64,000 bases of DNA, from assembly GCA_028288925.1 (NCBI GenBank), contig JAQGHG010000003.1:30500-94499 (forward strand), written 5' to 3'. The position numbers and the translations under genes were made by a program. The notes under the pieces are model-generated. The model was not told where the DNA came from and did not search any database. It saw only the letters and a program-made list of their open reading frames with translations. The stretch is from Patescibacteria group bacterium (lineage in GTDB: Bacteria; Patescibacteriota; Saccharimonadia; UBA4664). Positions 28,614 to 36,832 of the stretch are shown one piece after another (position 1 is the stretch's first letter; each line of letters starts with the position of its first letter).

Positions 28614-29054
28614 TTATATCAAATCGCCAAAAATTACGTCGACAAGCTTCGCCTTGTCATAAGAAGGGTTCATAGCTAGCTCCAAAAACTCATCTTTAGT
28701 AAACCACTCCCATGTCGCAACATGGGCAGTTTTCTCAAGTAGCTCTTCTGGCAGTGACACTTTGTAGAATAAGTTCATTCGTGGGATGCCATTCACTACC
28801 TTTCCGATATTGTAATAGGCGATCTGGAAGTCAGATGAAACGTCTTTGGCCGACACACCAAGCTCCTCCTCTATTTCACGAGCTAGGCATGACTCAACTG
28901 TTTCGCCATGATCCACTCCGCCGCCAGGAAACGCCCACCACATCTCCGGGGTTTCTTGAACCAATAGTACTTTGTTGTCGTGAACAATCAGCACTCTTGC
29001 CGCGACGCGATACAGGCAATCGTCGACGTCGTTGAGTCGTGGGTCTATGTGCAC
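28614..29054 (-). CDS. NUDIX hydrolase.
   Basis: Nudix box GGGVDHGETVESCLAREIEEELG. Lower GC (about 48% by eye). Confidence 0.85.
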   Translation of the reverse strand: MHIDPRLNDVDDCLYRVAARVLIVHDNKVLLVQETPEMWWAFPGGGVDHGETVESCLAREIEEELGVSAKDVSSDFQIAYYNIGKVVNGIPRMNLFYKVSLPEELLEKTAHVATWEWFTKDEFLELAMNPSYDKAKLVDVIFGDLI

Positions 29055-29070
29055 TACTGCGTACTCCCCA

Positions 29071-29652
29071 TCATCGAGAAAACAGCTCCTTAATCATTCG
29101 GTAGTCTGGCATCACGTCCTCGCGCACATCGTCAAAGAAGATCTTGTTGTTCAAGTCGCGCTCAATTTTGTTGAGCGCCCACTGTTTGATGTCTTCAAGC
29201 TTCATATCGCGTCCAAATGCCCAAATCGCGAATACATAAAAATCCGTCTTCAAATGAGCCAAAGAATCAGCAGTAGATAATATCTTACCCTCGACCGATT
29301 CGGGATGCTCGTCGCCGTGGCAACTGTGATAACGAATAGCGTCATCAACCACTAGCTTAATCTCACGCTCTAAAAAGCTCGATTCCCGCATGAGTTCGCG
29401 GGCCATGCGTAGGCTTTCTTGCTCATGGCCATCAGTGCTGCGCTTCATCCGGACATCAGCAATGTCGTGCAGCAGTGCCGCCGCGCGTGCTAGCTCCTCA
29501 TTGGCGCCATGTTTCTTTGCGAGTTCCGTAGCGTAGTCCGCCACAACAAAAACGTGATTATCTCCATACCAAGTTGCCCATTGATCCCGGCCGGGATCAA
29601 TGCCTTCATATAAGACCTTAACTTTTGCCTCAAGTATGTCGATATGCTCCAC
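29071..29652 (-). CDS. HD-domain protein.
   Basis: LLHDIAD motif and a downstream H..D pair. Lower GC. Confidence 0.7.
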   Translation of the reverse strand: MEHIDILEAKVKVLYEGIDPGRDQWATWYGDNHVFVVADYATELAKKHGANEELARAAALLHDIADVRMKRSTDGHEQESLRMARELMRESSFLEREIKLVVDDAIRYHSCHGDEHPESVEGKILSTADSLAHLKTDFYVFAIWAFGRDMKLEDIKQWALNKIERDLNNKIFFDDVREDVMPDYRMIKELFSR

Positions 29653-29734
29653 TTTTGCTTCATCCTTCTCGTCGTTAGCATCTTATCAGGCTTACCGCGT
29701 TTCGGGCTCAAACGTGCGTGATGTTAGAACCCGG

Positions 29735-30352
29735 CTAGAAAATTAAAACCCTTCCATCCTCGATAGCCTCATACTTCATGCCGTGCTGCTTGCAATATTC
29801 GATGCCGCGTTCGATAGCCTTGCTTTCTGGGTGATCGGAGCGCCAATGAGGCATAAAAGCAAAATCCACCAATCCCAGGCCTTCCCAGATGGTATGGTCT
29901 AACTGCTCGTAAGGCATTATGGTCGGGTCGCCTACTACAGCGTAAGGTTTGAGCGACGGAGCCAAAACACACCCGGCTGCGCTATAGCCCGAGTATAGAA
30001 AGTCTGGGTTTGTCGCCTGGCGAATGATGATGTCATCCAGGCCGCTCAGAAACATAGCTTGTCGAAGCACGAACACATTGCCGCCGAGAACAAATACCGC
30101 ACCCTTCGACTCTATTGCCGTTTTCAGACTAGCTTTATCGTCAAAGAAATCACGCAGGTCAATTACTTCCGCATCTAGGCCAAGGTCATCCAAACGTTCG
30201 ATTTTATTCTTGATACTTCTAATTGTGGTTTCATCATCTCTAGGACGGAAATCTAAGGCGTTGGGTATTATTGCGATCTCAGTTCCGGGCGCCAATTGCG
30301 CAAGCTCATCGCTCTTATCGCCAAATTTGAAGGAAGATAAGTAAAACTTCAT
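29735..30352 (-). CDS. Peptidase S51 (dipeptidase E-like) family protein.
   Basis: VLGGNVFVL and the S51-like spacing of Ser/His. Lower GC. Confidence 0.65.
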   Translation of the reverse strand: MKFYLSSFKFGDKSDELAQLAPGTEIAIIPNALDFRPRDDETTIRSIKNKIERLDDLGLDAEVIDLRDFFDDKASLKTAIESKGAVFVLGGNVFVLRQAMFLSGLDDIIIRQATNPDFLYSGYSAAGCVLAPSLKPYAVVGDPTIMPYEQLDHTIWEGLGLVDFAFMPHWRSDHPESKAIERGIEYCKQHGMKYEAIEDGRVLIF

Positions 30353-30430
30353 GCTCTCATCATAACAAAAACGAGGCTGTGATTAGCCTTGCTTTAAGAA
30401 TAATTTCCTGGCTCCGGGTCATATTGGAAA

Positions 30431-30907
30431 TTAGAACTCGGATACTACTTCAGACCGTGAGAATACTTTGAAGCCGGCCTTCATTGCTTCATCTACAAAG
30501 GCTTCATTAAACGAACCATCTCCATGAGATAGATAGAGTATCTTTACTCGTTTTCGCTCGCTCGCTTTGGCGCCATTTAGCCAGTCTTTGATTAGCATCG
30601 GCGATAACTGTGCTCCTTCGATCACGGTGGGCAAGTCAACTTTGTTGAGCCGATCTTCTATTAAGGATTTAATATGAGGCCAATAAGTATGCGCTTCAAT
30701 CTTGTAATCACTAAAGCTGGGCGTGCGCCGATCATGCTTAGCTTGCCAGACGGGGAGTTTAGCGGAGAAATCTTCTTTTGATATAGAGGCATTGTAGGCG
30801 GGCATCAGCCCATCTAGCTCAACGATCTCGGCATGATGCTTGTTGCCAATATGCTTAGCTAGGAAACTTTTTCCTACACCCGGGGCGCCACCGATGAGAT
30901 ATAACAT
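30431..30907 (-). CDS. Small P-loop NTPase / kinase-like protein.
   Basis: Walker A GGAPGVGKS at the N-terminus, 158 aa. Lower GC. Confidence 0.6.
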   Translation of the reverse strand: MLYLIGGAPGVGKSFLAKHIGNKHHAEIVELDGLMPAYNASISKEDFSAKLPVWQAKHDRRTPSFSDYKIEAHTYWPHIKSLIEDRLNKVDLPTVIEGAQLSPMLIKDWLNGAKASERKRVKILYLSHGDGSFNEAFVDEAMKAGFKVFSRSEVVSEF

Positions 30908-30961
30908 AAAGACATGATAACAAAATAAGGCTAAACAGCCTCGTTCTAAAGGGATAATAAC

Positions 30962-31036
30962 TGGCTCCGGAGGTCGGGCTCGAACCGACGACCAATTCGT
31001 TAACAGCGAACTGCTCTACCACTGAGCTACTCCGGA
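30962..31036 (-). tRNA. tRNA-Asn (GTT), with encoded CCA.
   Basis: Reverse complement folds as a cloverleaf: TCCGGAG/CTCCGGA acceptor, GCTC/GAGC D-arm, anticodon loop CTGTTAA, TTCGAGC T-loop, 3' GGAGCCA. Closely resembles E. coli tRNA-Asn. Confidence 0.9.
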
Positions 31037-31230
31037 ACATGGTACTCGCGAATTATATCGAGACAGCCTCGCTTGGTCAATGATTTAGCTCGCCGTGGTA
31101 GGCCAAAACTGTTATGATACGCGCATGAACTATCGCCGCGCCAACCTCTGTGCGTGTACCTGCCACCCTCACGGGAGGTCGGTTTAGCGTAGTCTTGTAA
31201 CAACAGCCAAAGATTAAGCATAAGCAGTAT

Positions 31231-31257
31231 CCTCCCCACCGGGAGGTTTTTTGTTTT
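31231..31257 (+). terminator. Strong intrinsic terminator (CCUCCC-cacc-GGGAGG followed by UUUUUUGUUUU) in the leader just upstream of the SD of the ilvA-like gene.
   Basis: The hairpin ends 14 nt before the AGGAAGGA SD. A second GGGAGG at 31184-31189 could pair alternatively with the 5' arm, giving an attenuator-like architecture. Confidence 0.6.
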
Positions 31258-31270
31258 AGGAAGGAATATC

Positions 31271-32164
31271 ATGCTTACAACCTCAGAACCCATCATCACC
31301 ATGAGCGAAATCGAGCAAGCAGCCGACCGCCTGGCCGGAGTCGCCCGCCGCACGTCGCTGGAATACTCCGCGCCGCTTTCGGAGCGCTATGGAGCCAAAA
31401 TCTACCTCAAACGCGAGGACTTGCAGCTCGGCGGTTCGTACAAGATCCGCGGCGCCTACAACCTCATGGCCGGCCTGAGCGCCGCCGAACAACAACTCGG
31501 CGTAGTCGCGGCCAGCTCGGGCAATCATGGGCTGGCCGTGGCACTGGCAGCCGCGCGGCTGCAGATCCACGCCACCATCTACCTCCCCTTCGCCACGCCG
31601 CTAGCCAAGGCCACTCAGCTGCGCCGGCTCGGTGGCGGCTGGGTGACGGTGCGGCTAGCCGGCCGCGACCTCGACGCCAGCCTGATCGCCGCCCGCCATG
31701 CCGCCGTCATCTCCGGCGCCACCTTGGTGCACCCGTTCGACGACGCCCGCATCATCGCCGGGCAGGGGACTATCGCCCCCGAAATCCTGGCGCAGTTGCC
31801 GGCCGCCCCTCAGCTGGTGGTGGCGCCCATTGGCGGCGGCGGCCTCATCGGCGGGCTCGGCGCGTACTTCCAGGCCGCCGCCCCCGGCTTGCGGCTCATC
31901 GGCGTGCGCCCTGCGGCCGGCGATACCATCGCATCGAGCGTGGTCATCAAAACGCGCGGCCGCCTCACTTCCCAGCTCGCCGCGCTCATTCATCAAGAGC
32001 TCACCGTCTCAGACACCCACATTCGCCGCGCCCAAGCCGAGCTAGAGCACCATCATGGCATCGCTGCCGAACCCGCCGGTGCGCTTGCTACAGCCGCGCT
32101 ATTCCAGCTTGCCGAATCTGCCGCCGGCCAAACTATTGTGGTTATCATTAGCGGCCGAGGCTAG
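31271..32164 (+). CDS. Threonine ammonia-lyase (threonine dehydratase)-like PLP-dependent enzyme.
   Basis: KREDLQLGGSYKIRGAYNLM (PLP-lysine motif as in IlvA/TdcB), glycine-rich loop GGGGLIGG. About 297 aa with no ACT domains. Very high GC. Confidence 0.8.
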   Translation: MLTTSEPIITMSEIEQAADRLAGVARRTSLEYSAPLSERYGAKIYLKREDLQLGGSYKIRGAYNLMAGLSAAEQQLGVVAASSGNHGLAVALAAARLQIHATIYLPFATPLAKATQLRRLGGGWVTVRLAGRDLDASLIAARHAAVISGATLVHPFDDARIIAGQGTIAPEILAQLPAAPQLVVAPIGGGGLIGGLGAYFQAAAPGLRLIGVRPAAGDTIASSVVIKTRGRLTSQLAALIHQELTVSDTHIRRAQAELEHHHGIAAEPAGALATAALFQLAESAAGQTIVVIISGRG

Positions 32165-32344
32165 GTATTTGTCATATGTCGTCAAACGGCTTATACAAAC
32201 TTACAGCTACGCTCGAAGAAAGCAATTCCTATATACCGTTTGGCGACATATAGGATCGGCTCAACACCTCGCTCCGGCGCCGCATTGTGCCAAGACCACA
32301 CCTTTTCAGCCCCTTCTCAGGTATTTCAGGCTACAATACCAGAC

Positions 32345-33028
32345 ATGAGAATCCTAGTTGTAGAAGACGAGCACAAAATCGCCAGCGCCATCAAGCGCGG
32401 CCTAGAGCAAGAATCCTATGCGGTCGACGTAGCCTATGACGGCGACGAAGGCCTCAGCAGCGCGCTCACCGACGAGTACGACGTCATGATCTTCGACCGC
32501 ATGCTCCCCGGCCTCCTCGACGGCGCCGATATCTGCAAAGAAGTCCGCGCCAACGGCATCCGCACGCCCATCCTCATGCTCACCGCCAAAGACAAGATCG
32601 GCGACCGCGTCGAGGGCCTCAACGCTGGCGCCGACGATTACCTGATCAAACCTTTTGCCTTCGAGGAGCTGCTAGCCCGTATCCGTGCCCTCCTGCGCCG
32701 CCCCCAAGACCACGTCGGCAATGTCCTTACCTTGGACGATCTCAGCCTCGACACCGAAAACTACGAGGTCAAACGCGCCGGCCGCAAAATCCAGCTCTCC
32801 CAACGCGAATACGCCCTCCTCGAGTATCTCCTGCGCAACCAAAACCGCATTCTCTCCAAGTCCAACATCATCGGCCACGTCTGGGACTACGACGCCGACA
32901 TTTTGCCCAACACGCTTGAAGTCTATATTGGCTACCTGCGTGGTAAAATTGAGCGGCCCTTTACCGGCCCGGAACTCATCCACACAGTGCGCGGGTTTGG
33001 CTATAAACTCAGCGTCGAAAGCAAATAA
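32345..33028 (+). CDS. OmpR-family response regulator.
   Basis: MRILVVEDE...D...MLPGL...LMLTAKD receiver domain, plus a winged-helix C-terminus (VRGFGYKL). Confidence 0.9.
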   Translation: MRILVVEDEHKIASAIKRGLEQESYAVDVAYDGDEGLSSALTDEYDVMIFDRMLPGLLDGADICKEVRANGIRTPILMLTAKDKIGDRVEGLNAGADDYLIKPFAFEELLARIRALLRRPQDHVGNVLTLDDLSLDTENYEVKRAGRKIQLSQREYALLEYLLRNQNRILSKSNIIGHVWDYDADILPNTLEVYIGYLRGKIERPFTGPELIHTVRGFGYKLSVESK

Positions 33029-33045
33029 TACCTAAGGGCACACCC

Positions 33046-34086
33046 ATGTTCCGCTCCGCCATCGCCAAACTCACCCTGTCGTACCTGGGCATCATTATGG
33101 TGCTCAGCCTGCTTTTTAGTTTCGCGCTCTACCGCGAATCCTCGAACCAGCTCATCGAAACCGCCAACCGTCAACACAACGCCGTCAACCGCTTCGCCCT
33201 CCCTATCGGGTTCAATGCTCAGCGCGACGCCTACAGCCAGCTCATCGACGACCAGCTCGCCGCCGCCCAGCATCAGCTGCAAATCCGCCTACTTATTCTC
33301 GATCTGGCTACCCTGATGATCGGCGGGGGCGCCTCATACTTCCTGGCCCGCCGCACGCTGCGCCCCATCCAGAACGCCATGGAGGCCCAGGGCCGGTTCA
33401 CCGCCGACGCCTCGCACGAACTGCGCACCCCCCTCACGGCCATGCGCACCGAGATCGAGGTCGCGCTGCGGGGCAAAGAACTCACGCCCAAGGAAGCCCG
33501 CGAACTACTCCAGAGCAACCTCGAAGAGATCGCCAAGCTCGAGTCGCTCTCGGCCGGCCTGCTGCGGCTGGCCCAGTTTGAACGTGGCATCGCCCCCGAT
33601 GCCCTCGCCAAAGTGCCTGTCAAAGACATCTTTGCCGAAGCCGCCGCTCGCTTCCAGCCCCAGCTCAAAGCCCGCGACATCACGCTCCAACAGACCGCCG
33701 GCGCTCACACCATCGAAGGCGACCGCGCCAGCCTCACCGAGCTCGTGGCTATCCTGCTCGATAATGCGATCAAATATAGTCCGCCCAAATCGGAAGTATC
33801 GCTTCGCGGAGCCAAGAACGGCAACTTCGTCTCTCTCAGCGTCACCGACCACGGCGTCGGCATGAAAGCCTCCGATATCCCCTACATCTTCAACCGCTTC
33901 TACCGCGCCGACCGCTCGCGGTCCAAAGAGCAAATCCACGGCTACGGCCTCGGCCTCTCCATTGCCAAACGCATCGCCGACCTCCACCACGGCGCCGTCA
34001 CCGTCACCAGCGCCCCTGGCAAGGGCAGCACCTTCACCGTCAAACTCCCTGCCGAGTACGAGGACAAAAAGTCCCTCCTTGGCTAA
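33046..34086 (+). CDS. Sensor histidine kinase.
   Basis: Two N-terminal TM segments, H-box FTADASHELRTPLTAM, and N/G1/G2 boxes (DHGVGM, GYGLGLSI). Confidence 0.9.
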   Translation: MFRSAIAKLTLSYLGIIMVLSLLFSFALYRESSNQLIETANRQHNAVNRFALPIGFNAQRDAYSQLIDDQLAAAQHQLQIRLLILDLATLMIGGGASYFLARRTLRPIQNAMEAQGRFTADASHELRTPLTAMRTEIEVALRGKELTPKEARELLQSNLEEIAKLESLSAGLLRLAQFERGIAPDALAKVPVKDIFAEAAARFQPQLKARDITLQQTAGAHTIEGDRASLTELVAILLDNAIKYSPPKSEVSLRGAKNGNFVSLSVTDHGVGMKASDIPYIFNRFYRADRSRSKEQIHGYGLGLSIAKRIADLHHGAVTVTSAPGKGSTFTVKLPAEYEDKKSLLG

Positions 34087-34299
34087 CGAAGCAGAAAAAG
34101 CGTAGAGCGAAGGGAATTCATTCAAAAATCTCAAAGCAGCGCCTGACAGCACAACGGCTCCCGTAACCAAAAAGGGGAGAGTTCGCTGCTGGATTTTTGA
34201 ATGAATACCCGCAGCAAACGTAAAAGTTTGATTTCACCTAAGCCAAACCTCAGATATTCCCCTTACAGTAGCCTCAAACAACTAAGGAGTAATAATTAT

Positions 34300-35646
34300 A
34301 TGAGCACCATTGTGCGGGGCGTGCGCAACGCCTTCCGCAACACTATCCGGACCGGTGGCGTCACCGTGATCCTGGCGCTGAGCATCGGCTTGGCGCTGGT
34401 CATGCTGCTGTCGCTCAAGACCGTCCAGGCCCGTATCCAGACCGTCAAGCAATCGATTGGCAATACTATTAGCGTGTCGCCGGCCGGCGCGCGCGGATTC
34501 GACGGCGGGGGTGAGCCGCTCACCCAGACCGACCTCGACGCGGTAAAGAGTCTGCCACACGTCAGCGGCGTCGTAGCCTCGCTCAACGACCGCCTCACGC
34601 CCATCACCGATACCTCGCTGGCCTCGGCCATCGACCCTGGCACACTCGGCAATCGTTTCCGCAGCCGCGGCGGTGATGCCGCCCCTGCCCCCGCCGGCAA
34701 TTCCTCGGGTGGTGCTACCCGCACCTTCACCATCCCGATCATGGTCAGCGGCGTAGGCCAAGTAACGGCCGCCGCCGTCAATGCCACCAGCCTCAAGTTC
34801 ACCTCGGGTAGCGCCGTCGACGCGTCGGGCAAGGCCAACGTAGCCGATATCGGCACCGAGCTAGCCACCAAGAACAACCTTAAAGTTGGCAGCACCTTCA
34901 CCTACGGCACCACCACCGTTACTGTCAGCGGCATCTTCGACGCCGGCAACAAATTTGCCAACGCCGGCGTTATCATGCCCATCGCCACGGTGCAAACGCT
35001 CTCGGCCCAGCCCGGCCAGATCAGCACTGCCACCATTACGGCCGACGACATCACAAACGTACCCGCTGCCGTCACAGCCATTAAGGCTAAGCTCGGCACC
35101 AAAGCCGACGTCGTTAGCCAGCAAGACACAGCGACTAATGCCATCGCGCCGCTCGAAAACATCAAGACCGTCAGCCTCTACAGCCTCATCGGCGCGCTCA
35201 CGGCCGGCGCGGTCATCACCTTCCTGACCATGCTCATGATCGTCCGCGAGCGCCGCCGCGAAATCGGTGTGCTCAAGGCCATCGGCGCCTCCAATGTCAA
35301 GATCGTCGTCCAATTCGTAGCCGAGGCCGTCACGCTCACCAGTATGGGCGCCGTGGTCGGCGTCATCGGCGGGCTGCTGCTAAGTAATCCCGTCCTCAAG
35401 CTGCTCGTCACCACGAGCACCTCCACCAGCACTACCGGCGCGGGCCCAGGCGGCGGTGGCCGCGGCTTCGCCCGCATCATCGGCGGCTTTGGTGGGCAGA
35501 GCCTCCAGAACCTCCAGGCCGTCATAGGCTATGACATCCTGCTCTATGGCCTGCTCGCCGCGCTCATTATCGCCGTGGTCGGCAGTGCTCTGCCCGCCTG
35601 GCTCATCGCTAAAGTTCGCCCCGCCGAAGTTATGAGAGGAGAATAA
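34300..35646 (+). CDS. ABC transporter permease, FtsX/MacB-like.
   Basis: N-terminal TM helix, a large extracytoplasmic domain, and the C-terminal FtsX four-TM region (RRREIGVLKAIGAS). Confidence 0.8.
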   Translation: MSTIVRGVRNAFRNTIRTGGVTVILALSIGLALVMLLSLKTVQARIQTVKQSIGNTISVSPAGARGFDGGGEPLTQTDLDAVKSLPHVSGVVASLNDRLTPITDTSLASAIDPGTLGNRFRSRGGDAAPAPAGNSSGGATRTFTIPIMVSGVGQVTAAAVNATSLKFTSGSAVDASGKANVADIGTELATKNNLKVGSTFTYGTTTVTVSGIFDAGNKFANAGVIMPIATVQTLSAQPGQISTATITADDITNVPAAVTAIKAKLGTKADVVSQQDTATNAIAPLENIKTVSLYSLIGALTAGAVITFLTMLMIVRERRREIGVLKAIGASNVKIVVQFVAEAVTLTSMGAVVGVIGGLLLSNPVLKLLVTTSTSTSTTGAGPGGGGRGFARIIGGFGGQSLQNLQAVIGYDILLYGLLAALIIAVVGSALPAWLIAKVRPAEVMRGE

Positions 35647-35648
35647 TC

Positions 35649-36359
35649 ATGCTTATCGTCGAAAATCTCAGCAAAGAGTTCAATTCCGGCGCCGGCCCCG
35701 TCCAGGCCGTCGACAGCATCAGCTTTGAAGTCCCAGAAGGCAAGTTTGCCGCCATCATCGGCAAGAGCGGCTCGGGCAAGAGTACCCTGCTCGCCCTCCT
35801 CGGCGCCCTCGACAAACCCACCTCCGGCGCTATCAAAGTAGGGGATCAGGACATCACCAAGCTCGGCGACCAGGATCTCATCAAGTATCGCCGCAACCGT
35901 ATCGGCTTCGTCTTCCAAGGTTACAACTTGGTCCCGAACCTCACGGCGCTCGAGAATGTCATGCTGCCCATGGAATTTGCCGGGGTCCGCGGCGCCGAGC
36001 GTAAAGCCCGGGCCGCTAGCCTGCTCGACCAAGTCGGCATCACCGTGGAGGAACAGTCGCGCAAACCCAGCCGGCTCTCCGGCGGTCAGCAGCAGCGTGT
36101 CGCCATCGCCCGCGCTCTAGCTAACCGTCCCCAGCTCATCCTAGCCGATGAGCCCACCGGTAACCTCGACAGCACCACCGGCAAGCTCATCGTCGACCTG
36201 CTCCGCCACCTGGCACGCACCGAGAAGACCACCATCCTGGCCGTCACCCACGATCTGGAAATCGCCCGTCAGACCGATCTCACCTTCCGCCTGGCCGACG
36301 GCAAATTAGTAGGGGAGGAGCGCCACGCCCGCGCCCAGCGCCCCGCGGTAGCAGCATGA
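35649..36359 (+). CDS. ABC transporter ATP-binding protein.
   Basis: Walker A GKSGSGKST, signature LSGGQQQRVAIARAL, Walker B ILADEPT. Confidence 0.9.
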   Translation: MLIVENLSKEFNSGAGPVQAVDSISFEVPEGKFAAIIGKSGSGKSTLLALLGALDKPTSGAIKVGDQDITKLGDQDLIKYRRNRIGFVFQGYNLVPNLTALENVMLPMEFAGVRGAERKARAASLLDQVGITVEEQSRKPSRLSGGQQQRVAIARALANRPQLILADEPTGNLDSTTGKLIVDLLRHLARTEKTTILAVTHDLEIARQTDLTFRLADGKLVGEERHARAQRPAVAA

Positions 36360-36820
36360 GCAGCTTACAGACCATCAAGCGTTTCGATCTGGCCATCCTG
36401 CTAGTGGCGGTTGCCGTCATTACCGGCGGAGCAGGGTTCGCCCTGGGTCACGCCGGCGCTCCCAAGACCACCGCTGCCCCCGGCCAGTCTGCCACCGGCA
36501 ACAGCCCATCAGGCTTCGGTGGTGGTGGCGGACGCCGCTTCGGTGGCCGTCCCACCTTCGGCACCGTCTCCAGCCTCTCCGGCACTATCCTCACTATCAC
36601 CGACACCAGTGGCACGGCCCACGCCGTCACCCTCACCGCCGACACCACCTACACCAATGGCGACCGCACCGCCGCCACCCAGGCCGACCTCAAGGCCGGC
36701 ACGAGTGTCGCGGCCATCGGCCAAGCCGGCTCCGACGGCGCCATCACCGCCACGCGCATTCTCATCAACCCGCAGATGCCCAGCGGGGGAGGCGGTTCCA
36801 GCGGTGCGCCCGCTAATTAA
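36356..36820 (+). CDS. Exported Gly-rich protein resembling the DUF5666 family.
   Basis: N-terminal TM anchor, GGGGG tracts, and a GTVSSLSGTILTITDTSGTAHAVTLTADTTYT beta-rich repeat. Confidence 0.55.
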   Translation: MSSLQTIKRFDLAILLVAVAVITGGAGFALGHAGAPKTTAAPGQSATGNSPSGFGGGGGRRFGGRPTFGTVSSLSGTILTITDTSGTAHAVTLTADTTYTNGDRTAATQADLKAGTSVAAIGQAGSDGAITATRILINPQMPSGGGGSSGAPAN

Positions 36821-36832
36821 CCGCGCGATATC

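Noticed and set aside
31039-31270. T-box riboswitch upstream of the threonine-dehydratase-like gene.
   Set aside because: An AGGGTGG match exists only on the opposite strand (GAGGGTGGCAGGTAC), and the rest of the T-box consensus (AGGGUGGNACCGCG) does not fit. No specifier loop or GA-motif architecture is evident. I kept it as a generic attenuator candidate instead.
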